Source of the DNA: Candidatus Altimarinota bacterium | GTDB lineage: Bacteria; Patescibacteriota; Gracilibacteria; UBA1369 | Assembly (NCBI GenBank): GCA_041659405.1 | Contig: JBAZYK010000003.1 | Location: 120,001-152,000, forward strand | Length of the DNA stretch: 32,000 nucleotides | Direction: 5' to 3' | In this document: piece after piece, positions 15,366-24,224 of the stretch | How the letters are laid out: each line of letters opens with the position of its first letter | Numbering within the stretch: the first letter of the stretch is position 1 | Notes under the pieces: generated by a model | What the model was told of the DNA's origin: nothing | The model's input: the letters and a program-made list of their open reading frames with translations, nothing else | Databases searched by the model: none | Made by a program: the position numbers and the translations under genes

Positions 15366-18300
15366 CTAAAACGCAAAGACCCTCACAATAATCTTGGCAG
15401 CTTCACCGCGGGTGAGGTTGTTGTTTGGCCCAAACAGGTTTAACGGGTTTCCCTGGCCGTCAACATATCCGGAGATAAAGCTGTGATCAACCGCAAACGA
15501 AATGTATCTATAATACCACGCTGTTGCAGAAACATCAGTAAAAGTTAGCGCGTTTCCATGAATTTCCTGATCGGCATAGATTGTTGCCAAGACGACTTTT
15601 AGGGCTTCTGCTCGAGTGATTTGGTTAAACGGCAGGAAGTAATTTTTGGAACCGACCACAACTCCCAATGATTTTGCTTTAGAAACGGCTGCACTAAACC
15701 AATCGGTTGTGTGTACATCAAAGAATGGATTTTCGGTGGCTGCCGGCAGTGTTGGGAACTGGCACTGCATCACAATTTTCACCAATTCCGCTCTGGAAAT
15801 TGTATCATTTGGTCGATATTCGTTAAGGAGATTCCCGTTTGCATCTTTATATCCTTGAACATCACATTTCTGCTGGAGTTTTTCGATATAGGTTTCAGCC
15901 CAATGGTTTTGGGTATCTGTGAAAAGTGCTTGCGCTACCGGTTGTGTTTGAGGTTGTTGCGCCGGTTGCGCTGGTTGATTATTCTGAGTTGGCTGAGTAT
16001 TAAAAATAACGCCACTGCCGCCGGTGGTAATCGTGAATGAATTAATTCCAAGTGCCGTACCGGCATTTCCGGTTGCATCGGTAACAAGAATAGTACAGCC
16101 GGAATGAGTTCCAAGACTCATTGATTGAAATGTAATAGTATTGTCACCGGAAATTGCGCTGGTGGTTAAGCTTAAACAACTTCCTGAATATGTGATTGTT
16201 CCAGCTTCATCAGAACTGAATGTATAATTAGGAGTTGAGTCGATGGTTGAACTTGGAACTGCGAGAACTTCGGCTAAAGTTGGGGCGGTATTATCGATTG
16301 TGAATGTGGATCCGCTTGTTGGAACGGCTGTGATAACATTTTCCGCGACATCGGTTCCAATCGACATTGAAACAGTTGCAGTTGCAATGTTTCCAGCCGG
16401 TACATCCAAATCATACGTATATTCCGTGGTACTAACTTTTGTCATGGCTGTTGCCGACAAAACCGCATTATCAACTGCAATTTTAACTACAGGTGAGTCT
16501 GCCATTGGTTCATTAAATGTTGCTTTGATTATTAATGTATTAGCGTTTCTAACTGATTCTGTTGAGGCGTATGTAACCCCGGCATCTTTTGAATATGTAA
16601 TCGCTGCGGTTGGCGCGGTTGTATCAAAAGTCACCGCTGTTCTGCTAACCGCTGTTGCGGCGTTTCCCGCGTCATCGGTTGCGTTGAATGCAAATGTATA
16701 GACGGCTCCGCTAACCAATCCGCTGGAATCACTCGTACATCCGTTTGTTGTATCCGAAAGATCCAAGTTCGCATGTGCTCCGGTATTTTTCGCTGTACCG
16801 ACTAACGTACAGGTATGCGGAGCGCTGCCATCTGCCGTTCCTGAAGTTTGTGAAATTAAAATTGTTCCACTCGCGACTGCTTCGCTCAATGTATAACTCA
16901 CATCGGATGAAGTGGTGACATTATTTATTGAAGTACTTGCGGTTGGGCTCACGCTGCTGAATACCGGGATAATTGTATCGATTGTGTAATCGCTTGTGTC
17001 GGTAACGGTTGTTTGGTTTCCTGCGTTGTCTGTAACGGTCACGGTCACATTGTTGGTTGCATCATCTTGGCTGTCCATGGCGCCGGATAGTGATGTTGTC
17101 CAAGTATCTGATGAATTACTTCCAACCAAAGCCGTATCGCCAGCTTTAAAGTTTGCCGCATTAAAACTCACGGAAGAAATCGTGTCCGTGTTATTGTCGC
17201 CGGTCGCAAGTGTATCGTCCCAGGTTGGCACTGCGGTATTTCCATTCTTAAACGCGCCGCCCGTTCCCGTTGCTCCCGTTACGGAAATATTTGCCGCGGT
17301 TAATGTGGGCGCGATATTATCAACCGTCGCATTGGTTGTATCCGCTGCCGTAGTTGCATTTCCCGCATCATCCGTCGCTGTCACGGAAACATTTCTGTTT
17401 GTAGTGTCGATTATGCCTGCAATAACAGGAAAAGTTGCCGTCCAGGTTCCACTTGAATTGGTTGCAGCGACTGCCGCTCCTCCTCCAAATTGGCTAAAAT
17501 CAACCGTAACGGTTGAAATTGTATCCGAGTTATTTTGTCCTCCAGCGGTATTATTCCAGGTTGCCGTTACAGTATCGTTAATCTTATACGCGCCGCCCGT
17601 TCCACTTCCTCCGGAAATTGAAATATATGCATCGGTCACAGTTGGCGGCAAAGTATCCACCGCAAAAGCTGAAGAATACATGGTTGTTCCGGTTGCTGTT
17701 CCGTTGTTTGGCGTGATCCGCAGCCAAACGGTTAAATCATTCGTGTTGGGAATATCCGTAGCCGCGTTCCAGGCAAATGTAAGGGCAACGGAGCCATCGT
17801 TATTTGTATCAATTCCGGAAATGGTATTGGTGGAAATAGTCACACCATTTCCCTCTCCATTTTCAGAAGCGGATGCAATTGTGGCGTTAACCCAGGTCAC
17901 ATTGTTTGTGGAATATTCTACAGAAACAGATGTTGTGCCCAAACCCGCATCAACAATTGTTGAAGTGGCGGTGACAAGAGACGCGGAAGTCTGCGAGGCA
18001 TTTGGTTTACTGGCGACCGGAGCGGTGGTGGCGGGAATGGTGGTGGTGTTGAGAATAACTTTCACATGGCCCACAGGGGAAGCTGAATCTGCTCCGGCAA
18101 TATCAGTTTTCCCATCTGCATTAAAATCACCTGTGACTAAAACCCAATTACCTCCTGTTGTATAGTCTGTCTTCGCACCAAAGGTTCCGTCTCCTACACC
18201 TAATAGGACTGAATCTTTGCTACCACTAATTCCTACAACAAGATCGGTTTCTCCATCTGCATTAAAGTCGCCTGTAGCTGTTCCAAATGTATGAGCCCCT

Positions 18301-19223
18301 ATAGCAGTATTTGCTGCCGCACCAAAAGTTCCATCTCCAGTGGGAGAACCTAAGAGAACTGAAATGTTATTATCAGCATAATTTGCCACAAAAAGATCGA
18401 GTATGCCATCTGCATTGAAGTAGCCTGCGGCCATAGAGATTGAATTACCTCCTGTAATGTAGTTTGCTGCCGCACCAAAAGTTCCAAGTCCCGTACCTAA
18501 TAAGACTGAGACGCCACCGGCAGTACCTTTTGCATCAGCCAGGTCAAGATTACCATCACCATTGAAGTCGCCCATAATCAAATATTGTGGACCAGTTCCC
18601 GCGGCATAGTTTGTTGCCGTACCAAAAGCTCCATTTCCATCACCTAATAAAACTGAAATGTTGTTCGTGCTAAAATTTACCACAGCTAAATCGAGCTTAC
18701 CATCACCATCAAAGTCGCCTGCAACAGCCACCATTGGAGCAGTCCCTACAGGGTAATTTACTGCTGTATTGAATGTCCCATCTCCTCTACCCAACAAAAT
18801 TGAGACATTGTTATCACTATAATTTGGCACAGCAAGATCAGTTTTGCCATCACCATTAAAGTCACCTGCAACTGATGAAATTGGATTTGCTCCTACAGCG
18901 TATGGCACCGCCGCACCAAAAGTCCCATTTCCAATGGAAGAACCCAACAGAACTGACACAGTGTTACCATAAACATCTGCTATAGAAAAATCAAAAATAC
19001 CATCTCCATTGAAATCACCTTTGGTTATTGAATACGAACCATCTCCTTCGTTATAACTCGCATCCGCAGCAAACGTCACCGCCGCATGCGCCGATTTTGT
19101 TGATAACCCTAAAAATCCTATCCCAATAAATAAAAAGGATAACGCAAAAATCCCTAACTTTTTTAAATTTGTTCCAAAGTTATAGACTGAATTATTTTCC
19201 ATTTGTTTTTTATTTTTTTGCAT
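15366..19223 (-). CDS. Large secreted surface protein: signal peptide, about seven FG-GAP/VCBS-like repeats, Ig-like modules, C-terminal SLH domains
   Basis: Signal peptide-like N-terminus LGIFALSFLFIGIGFLGLSTKSAHAA; repeats GDFNGDGKTDLAV...ISVLLG.GDGTFG; Ig-like modules with VTVTDNAGN/TDDAGNAAT; C-terminal SLH-like FTDTQNHWAETYIEKL... and FTDVSATAWYYRYISFAVDHSFISGYVDG...LTRGEAAKIIVRVFAF. Confidence 0.87.
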   Translation of the reverse strand: MQKNKKQMENNSVYNFGTNLKKLGIFALSFLFIGIGFLGLSTKSAHAAVTFAADASYNEGDGSYSITKGDFNGDGIFDFSIADVYGNTVSVLLGSSIGNGTFGAAVPYAVGANPISSVAGDFNGDGKTDLAVPNYSDNNVSILLGRGDGTFNTAVNYPVGTAPMVAVAGDFDGDGKLDLAVVNFSTNNISVLLGDGNGAFGTATNYAAGTGPQYLIMGDFNGDGNLDLADAKGTAGGVSVLLGTGLGTFGAAANYITGGNSISMAAGYFNADGILDLFVANYADNNISVLLGSPTGDGTFGAAANTAIGAHTFGTATGDFNADGETDLVVGISGSKDSVLLGVGDGTFGAKTDYTTGGNWVLVTGDFNADGKTDIAGADSASPVGHVKVILNTTTIPATTAPVASKPNASQTSASLVTATSTIVDAGLGTTSVSVEYSTNNVTWVNATIASASENGEGNGVTISTNTISGIDTNNDGSVALTFAWNAATDIPNTNDLTVWLRITPNNGTATGTTMYSSAFAVDTLPPTVTDAYISISGGSGTGGAYKINDTVTATWNNTAGGQNNSDTISTVTVDFSQFGGGAAVAATNSSGTWTATFPVIAGIIDTTNRNVSVTATDDAGNATTAADTTNATVDNIAPTLTAANISVTGATGTGGAFKNGNTAVPTWDDTLATGDNNTDTISSVSFNAANFKAGDTALVGSNSSDTWTTSLSGAMDSQDDATNNVTVTVTDNAGNQTTVTDTSDYTIDTIIPVFSSVSPTASTSINNVTTSSDVSYTLSEAVASGTILISQTSGTADGSAPHTCTLVGTAKNTGAHANLDLSDTTNGCTSDSSGLVSGAVYTFAFNATDDAGNAATAVSRTAVTFDTTAPTAAITYSKDAGVTYASTESVRNANTLIIKATFNEPMADSPVVKIAVDNAVLSATAMTKVSTTEYTYDLDVPAGNIATATVSMSIGTDVAENVITAVPTSGSTFTIDNTAPTLAEVLAVPSSTIDSTPNYTFSSDEAGTITYSGSCLSLTTSAISGDNTITFQSMSLGTHSGCTILVTDATGNAGTALGINSFTITTGGSGVIFNTQPTQNNQPAQPAQQPQTQPVAQALFTDTQNHWAETYIEKLQQKCDVQGYKDANGNLLNEYRPNDTISRAELVKIVMQCQFPTLPAATENPFFDVHTTDWFSAAVSKAKSLGVVVGSKNYFLPFNQITRAEALKVVLATIYADQEIHGNALTFTDVSATAWYYRYISFAVDHSFISGYVDGQGNPLNLFGPNNNLTRGEAAKIIVRVFAF
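16608..16940. repeat. Long direct repeat, copy A (333 bp identical to 30104-30436)
   Basis: Base-by-base comparison: GGTTGGCGCGGTTGTATCAAAAGTCACCGCTG...TTTATTGAAGTACTTGC is identical in both copies; offset 13,496 bp. Confidence 0.93.
18045..19020 (-). repeat. Coding tandem repeats: about seven FG-GAP/VCBS-like units of roughly 50 aa
   Basis: GDFNGDGIFDFSIADVYGNTVSVLLG, GDFNGDGKTDLAVPNYSDNNVSILLG, GDFDGDGKLDLAVVNFSTNNISVLLG, GDFNGDGNLDLADAKGTAGGVSVLLG, GYFNADGILDLFVANYADNNISVLLG, GDFNADGETDLVVGISGSKDSVLLG, GDFNADGKTDIAGADS. Boundaries approximate. Confidence 0.85.
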
Positions 19224-19285
19224 TGAAAAAACCTTACCTTTTATCTACTAAAAGACCAAAGAAAATATACACGAAAACGGCCCAC

Positions 19286-19311
19286 AAAAACAACCCAAAA
19301 AGGTTGTTTTT
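19286..19311 (-). terminator. Rho-independent terminator overlapping the uvrB stop codon
   Basis: AAAAACAACC-(CAAAAA)-GGTTGTTTTT; 10-bp stem whose distal arm supplies the T-tract in the direction of uvrB transcription. Confidence 0.6.
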
Positions 19312-21328
19312 ACAATTTAAACTCCTCCCTAATCTGCTCGATTTCATCACGAAGTTCTGCCGCTTTTTCGAATTCCATATTTTGTGAAGCCATGTCCATT
19401 TGCGCTCCCAGTTCCTCCAAAAAGCGTTTCATTTCTTCACGCGGGACTTTCTTTGGATCAATATGACGTTCACCTTTTGCCGCCCCTTTATTATGTTCCA
19501 TCGCAATATCCTTAATCGCCTTCACAATTGTTTGCGGAGTAATTCCATGTTTTTTATTGTAATCCGATTGAATTTTTCTACGACGATTTGTCTCATCCAT
19601 CGCCTTTTTCATGGCATCGGTTACATGGTGCGCATACATCACCACAAATCCGTTAATGTTACGGGCACAACGACCAATGGTTTGAATAAGTGCCGGCGCC
19701 GAGCGCAAAAAACCCTGTTTATCCGCATCCAAAATCGCAATAAAAGAAACTTCCGGCAAATCCAAACCTTCACGCAATAAGTTAATACCGACCAAAACAT
19801 CAAACTTCCCAAGACGTAAATCACGCAAAATTTCAATACGTTCCATGGTGTCGATATCCGAATGCAAATATTTCACTTTCACACCAACATCGGTCAAATA
19901 TTCGGTCAGATCTTCCGATGAACGTTTGGTTAAAGTTGTAATCAGCACACGCTCTTTTTTGGCGACGCGTTTTTGAATTTCATTGATCAAATCATCAATC
20001 TGATGTTCACTTGGACGAACCTCAACTTCCGGATCTATAAGCCCTGTTGGACGAATAATTTGCTCAACAACATTGCCCCCGACTTTTTCCGAACTCAAAC
20101 CAAAAACAAGCTCTTTTGCGCCCGCTTTTTTAAGTTCATATTGAGCCGGAGTCGCTGAAACATAAATCACCTGATTAATGGCCTCTTCAAATTCATCAAA
20201 CTTTAGCGGACGATTATCATGCGCGGAAGGAAGACGGAAACCATAATCAACCAAAGTCTGTTTGCGTGAATAATTTCCATTAAACATTCCCCCAACCTGC
20301 GGAATTGTCATGTGTGATTCATCAATAATCATCAAATAATCATCCGGAAAATAATCCAATAAAGTGGCTGTAGGAGCGCCCGGAGCCCGTTTGCTAAAAT
20401 AACGTGTATAGTTTTCAATTCCCGTTGTATAACCCGTTTCCAGCAAAATTTCCAAATCATATTCGGTGCGGGTTTTAATGCGTTCCGCTTCCAGCATTTT
20501 GCCCTGAGCCCTAAGCTCGTCATATCGAATCACCAAATCTTCACGAATTCGTGCAGCAGCAGCCTGAATTTTATCTTTACTGGTCACATCATGCTTGGCC
20601 GGAAATATTTTAACCGATTGCAGCTCCCGAATTTCTTCACCCGTAAACGAATCGGCCTCACTGATGCGCTCAATCTCATCTCCAAAAAACTCCAAACGGA
20701 AAATCGTATCACGATCCGGTGGAAAAATTTCCACAGTATCGCCCAAAACATGGAACATACCCTGTTTAAAATCCATCTGCGAACGGGAATATTGGATGTC
20801 ACTAAGCTGTCTTAAAAGTTTGTCACGCTTGCGCTCGTCCCCCACCTTAATTTCCATGGCGAATTTGGAGTAATCCTCAACATCACCCAAACCATAAATA
20901 CATGATACCGAAGCCACAATCAAGACATCACGGCGCGTTAATAAATTCACCGTAGCCGCATGACGAAATTTGTTAATTTCTTCATTGATGGACGCGTCTT
21001 TTTCAATATAAGTGTCCGTAGACGGCAAATACGCTTCCGGCTGATAATAATCGTAATAAGAAACAAAGTAGCTGACCGCGTTATTCGGGAAAAATTCCTT
21101 AAACTCCGCGCAAAGCTGAGCCGCCAAAGTTTTGTTATGAGCAAGCACCAAAGTTGGCCTCTGCACCTGCTGAACCACGTTTGCAATAGTGAAAGTTTTC
21201 CCGGACCCCGTCACCCCAAGCAAAACCTGCTGCTTCTCCCCTTTTTCCAGATTCTTGATCAAATAATCAATCGCTTGTGGCTGATCTCCGGTCGGCTTAA
21301 ACGGTGAGACTAACTCAAATTTACTCAT
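19310..21328 (-). CDS. uvrB: Excinuclease ABC subunit B (UvrB)
   Basis: [81 protein letters not shown]-like [40 protein letters not shown]-terminal UVR domain MENAAEL-like [17 protein letters not shown]. Confidence 0.98.
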   Translation of the reverse strand: MSKFELVSPFKPTGDQPQAIDYLIKNLEKGEKQQVLLGVTGSGKTFTIANVVQQVQRPTLVLAHNKTLAAQLCAEFKEFFPNNAVSYFVSYYDYYQPEAYLPSTDTYIEKDASINEEINKFRHAATVNLLTRRDVLIVASVSCIYGLGDVEDYSKFAMEIKVGDERKRDKLLRQLSDIQYSRSQMDFKQGMFHVLGDTVEIFPPDRDTIFRLEFFGDEIERISEADSFTGEEIRELQSVKIFPAKHDVTSKDKIQAAAARIREDLVIRYDELRAQGKMLEAERIKTRTEYDLEILLETGYTTGIENYTRYFSKRAPGAPTATLLDYFPDDYLMIIDESHMTIPQVGGMFNGNYSRKQTLVDYGFRLPSAHDNRPLKFDEFEEAINQVIYVSATPAQYELKKAGAKELVFGLSSEKVGGNVVEQIIRPTGLIDPEVEVRPSEHQIDDLINEIQKRVAKKERVLITTLTKRSSEDLTEYLTDVGVKVKYLHSDIDTMERIEILRDLRLGKFDVLVGINLLREGLDLPEVSFIAILDADKQGFLRSAPALIQTIGRCARNINGFVVMYAHHVTDAMKKAMDETNRRRKIQSDYNKKHGITPQTIVKAIKDIAMEHNKGAAKGERHIDPKKVPREEMKRFLEELGAQMDMASQNMEFEKAAELRDEIEQIREEFKL

Positions 21329-21457
21329 GACAAAAAACTTAGCTAAATAAAACAGCTTTTTCAGGATAGCTGAGCTATTTTAGACATGTAACCAATAAAA
21401 AGCAAGAGCGGTAGCCTAAAATGGGTACTTCGGGATCATCCGCGGGGCCATACCCGT

Positions 21458-22267
21458 TTATCCCACAGGTTTAAATGAATCCACCACATCCTGCATCACC
21501 CGATAAAGAAAATTATTTTTATACGGTTCAGAAACCATAATTTGCCCTGCCGATTTAAACATTGTCCCCAATCTAACCACCAGCCGCTCAGTAACTTCAA
21601 GCAACTGTTTATTATTCCAACCCCTTAATGCAATATTTGAAAAAAGAAAACGAAATATTTCATCAGAATAAGATTTCATTTGTTTGAACAAATGCGGATG
21701 ACGATATTCGGCAAGCTCAAGCGCTCCCTGCACCAAAGATTTTCGCGAAGATTGCTCCGCCGCAAAATCAGCCTCCCAATCTCCAAGCCTTCCCCTAACT
21801 TCTGTCTGCACTCTTTCAACCCGATATATTGCTTCCAGGCTCTTTTCCGGCTCCGATTTATCTTGCCCCCTCGGAAACAAAATAGCTTCAAATTTTGCCA
21901 TTACAGCATCTAAACGCGACCTCTTTCTTTGATGCTCTTCCTCAAAACCATCTCCGTTAAAAAAATCCTGTAAAGAGGGAATTTGGCAGCCGGAAGCTAT
22001 TTTTTGCAAAAAAGAAATCTCAAATTCTGCCAGCGGAGAGTCTGGATAATGTTGAAAGTGATGTCGAATACCTGCAAATAATCGCTCTTCAACAGAACTT
22101 CTACTTTCCCCGGAAAAATCAATCCAAATCCGCGTTAACTCTTTCCACTCCTCAGAAAACAAAATTTCCGACATTGGTGCCAACAACTCTTCCGGCACAG
22201 CTGAAGTCGCAATTGGAGCCGCGGGCGCACCACTCAAAGCCATAATCCAAAAAATACGTATAAACAA
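21458..22267 (-). CDS. Hypothetical protein (269 aa), mostly helical
   Basis: Long ORF without a competing coding frame; no family motif recognised. Confidence 0.65.
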   Translation of the reverse strand: MFIRIFWIMALSGAPAAPIATSAVPEELLAPMSEILFSEEWKELTRIWIDFSGESRSSVEERLFAGIRHHFQHYPDSPLAEFEISFLQKIASGCQIPSLQDFFNGDGFEEEHQRKRSRLDAVMAKFEAILFPRGQDKSEPEKSLEAIYRVERVQTEVRGRLGDWEADFAAEQSSRKSLVQGALELAEYRHPHLFKQMKSYSDEIFRFLFSNIALRGWNNKQLLEVTERLVVRLGTMFKSAGQIMVSEPYKNNFLYRVMQDVVDSFKPVG

Positions 22268-22396
22268 AACCGTGATACCACAATCAAAGTCCCGCAGACA
22301 ACCCTAAAACAAGATCTAAAGCCATAAACTTTCTATTTAAGTCCTTCTCGTATATACTGCATACGGTTTTCTTTATTATTTTACCTCACTACACCT

Positions 22397-22639
22397 ATGG
22401 TAAAACACAAACCAATGTGCTGGGTTGTCAGCCTTTTAGTTGTTGTCGGTGGTCTTAACTGGGGTCTTGTAGGCCTTGGCAGTCTAATGGGATCAGGAAC
22501 AAACCTAAACGTTGTTAACCTTCTTTTGGGAAGTGTCCCAATGGTAGAATCAATCGTTTACCTTCTAGTAGGTGTTGCAGCTCTATTAATGGGCTACATG
22601 TTCTTCACAGAAAAAACCTGCGCCTGCGAAAAAATGTAA
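22397..22639 (+). CDS. DUF378-type small membrane protein
   Basis: VVGGLNWGLVGLGSLMGSGTNLNVVNLLLGSVPMVESIVYLLVGVAALLMGY matches the DUF378 pattern (GGLNWGL...; ..VYxLVGxxAL). Confidence 0.88.
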   Translation: MVKHKPMCWVVSLLVVVGGLNWGLVGLGSLMGSGTNLNVVNLLLGSVPMVESIVYLLVGVAALLMGYMFFTEKTCACEKM

Positions 22640-22661
22640 TTTTAAAAATTGAAATCAAAAA

Positions 22662-22691
22662 GGGCTTCGCTACAAGCGGAGCTCTTTTTTT
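22662..22691. terminator. Bidirectional rho-independent terminator between convergent genes
   Basis: GGGCTTCGCT-ACA-AGCGGAGCTC (10-bp stem with two G-U pairs on the + strand) followed by TTTTTTT; the opposite strand also ends in a T-run (CCCTTTTT). Confidence 0.85.
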
Positions 22692-22854
22692 ATGAAGATT
22701 TCAAACTATCCAAATAAGATTTCATTTCTGCCAAATTCTTAGTTTCTTTAACCTTACGCCCTTTCTTTGCATCTTCGGAAGCCACCAAAACCGCATCCTC
22801 CTGTGCGAGAGTTAAGCCATTCGCAGTCAAAAGTTTAAGATGAATAGTAGCCAT
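22690..22854 (-). CDS. Small hypothetical protein (54 aa), absent from the supplied ORF track
   Basis: Manual translation: MATIHLKLLTANGLTLAQEDAVLVASEDAKKGRKVKETKNLAEMKSYLDSLKSS*. It starts 3 nt after the end of the upstream co-directional gene and stops at the terminator. Confidence 0.6.
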   Translation of the reverse strand: MATIHLKLLTANGLTLAQEDAVLVASEDAKKGRKVKETKNLAEMKSYLDSLKSS

Positions 22855-22857
22855 AGA

Positions 22858-23784
22858 TTATGCATTTAAACAGGCAATCAAACAACCTCTAAGGTCTGCG
22901 TCCCGATTACTCATTTCTTCTGGAATTTCAAGCCCTTCTTCGCGCATTGCCCTAATGGGTTTTATCCATGCAAACACTGGAATACGATCATCACCACCCC
23001 TGGAAAGATAATCTCGAATTAGCGGAAATGCAGCAGCTCGGCCTAATGCAACAATATCAGCTATAGCATCAGGATCCTCAGAGGCAAAGTAATTAGAGTT
23101 TGATTCCACAGCATCACAATGCTTTTCCCAACGCGTCACCGCGTCAGTGAATTTAGTTTCAAGAGGTGTCATTTCAGCTAATTGCGCTGGATTTTGCCTA
23201 GCTAATTCCGCCAATATTTCATCTAATTCATTCGGGATTAATGAAGTTCTTCTAGGATCTAAAGGTTCGTAATGATCATCATTTTTATCAACCATCCAAT
23301 TACGATAAGGATGATCCCACTGACAAGCTTCAGCAGTATTCCCCTGAGCATCAAGCGTAAAGATTCTACATTGACCAAGCCCTTCCTCGGAAATATTTTG
23401 GACAATTCTATACCCTTCCACATCTGACACGCGACGAGCCATTTCAATATCTTTAGGCAAATCGACAGTATCTCCCAACTCAGCAAAAAATTTTCCATCA
23501 TTTCCCATACCTAAAGCTCTCACTTTTGCCCTAGTCCAATTTCGCATTTCAAATTCCAAAAAATTTGCCGGCACAGCATATAAACGTGGATGAAAAGCCT
23601 CAGAAGTTTTTGGAATAAGTCGCTCCAAATATACATCATGTGCTCCACCAAAAAACTTTAAATCCACTGTTTCATGAACATTATCACCCAAAAGACGTTC
23701 TAAAATTTCCTTTCGCTTGGCAGCAATTTTAGGATCAGCTTCAATTGAACTTTCTTGATGATCTCCCGTCTGAGCTTCCGTCAT
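22858..23784 (-). CDS. Hypothetical protein (308 aa)
   Basis: Long ORF with coding-like composition; no recognised family. Confidence 0.7.
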   Translation of the reverse strand: MTEAQTGDHQESSIEADPKIAAKRKEILERLLGDNVHETVDLKFFGGAHDVYLERLIPKTSEAFHPRLYAVPANFLEFEMRNWTRAKVRALGMGNDGKFFAELGDTVDLPKDIEMARRVSDVEGYRIVQNISEEGLGQCRIFTLDAQGNTAEACQWDHPYRNWMVDKNDDHYEPLDPRRTSLIPNELDEILAELARQNPAQLAEMTPLETKFTDAVTRWEKHCDAVESNSNYFASEDPDAIADIVALGRAAAFPLIRDYLSRGGDDRIPVFAWIKPIRAMREEGLEIPEEMSNRDADLRGCLIACLNA

Positions 23785-24102
23785 AAAATATAAATTTTAA
23801 AATAAACACCCAGAATCTAGCACCCAGTCCCCCTTAATGCAAACACAAGCCAAATTACCCCTCAAAAAAATTCCCAACAGCATCCTTACCAAAACCCATC
23901 CCCACGTTTTGCAATCTTTTTAACATCAAGTCAAATACACCGCAGCAGCAAGCCGAAATTACGTCCTTCGTCAACGAAGCCGCGAATACAAAAGAAATTT
24001 TTAAAAAAGCAAATTGCCACTCATGCATGGAATTTTATGGGGAAGCAAACAGCTCTCCCAACCTAAACCCCAACAAATTTTTCTCGTTGCGCCCTGCGTC
24101 TG

Positions 24103-24224
24103 AAAATTCATTTAAATTGAGCAGATACAAGGCGAAAATAAAAAATCGACCGCAGTGTATTTAGTTATACACGAGGATCGATTTTTTGTTTTCAACGAAG
24201 TAGATGCCAATTTAAATGAATTTT
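24103..24224. other. 122-bp nested imperfect palindrome with bidirectional terminator-like core, touching the nrdJ stop codon
   Basis: Outer arms AAAATTCATTTAAATTG (24103-24119) / CAATTTAAATGAATTTT (24208-24224) are perfectly complementary. The inner arms 24135-24160 / 24167-24192 match at 21 of 26 positions (AAAAAATCGA and GTGTAT blocks), with loop TTAGTT and T-runs on both strands. Confidence 0.8.

Noticed and set aside
16996-18165. 389-aa + strand ORF antisense to the first surface-protein gene
   Set aside because: Its V/A/T/P-biased composition mirrors the opposite-strand repetitive coding sequence. The minus-strand frame has clear domains and a full-length ORF. Similar antisense ORFs (16243-16701, 30492-31040, 31119-31544) have the same explanation.
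18045-19020. Periodic repeats that might suggest a CRISPR-like array
   Set aside because: The periodicity is about 150 nt, diverged at DNA level, in frame, and encodes GDFNGDG-type protein repeats; there is no short exact repeat with unique spacers and no cas genes.
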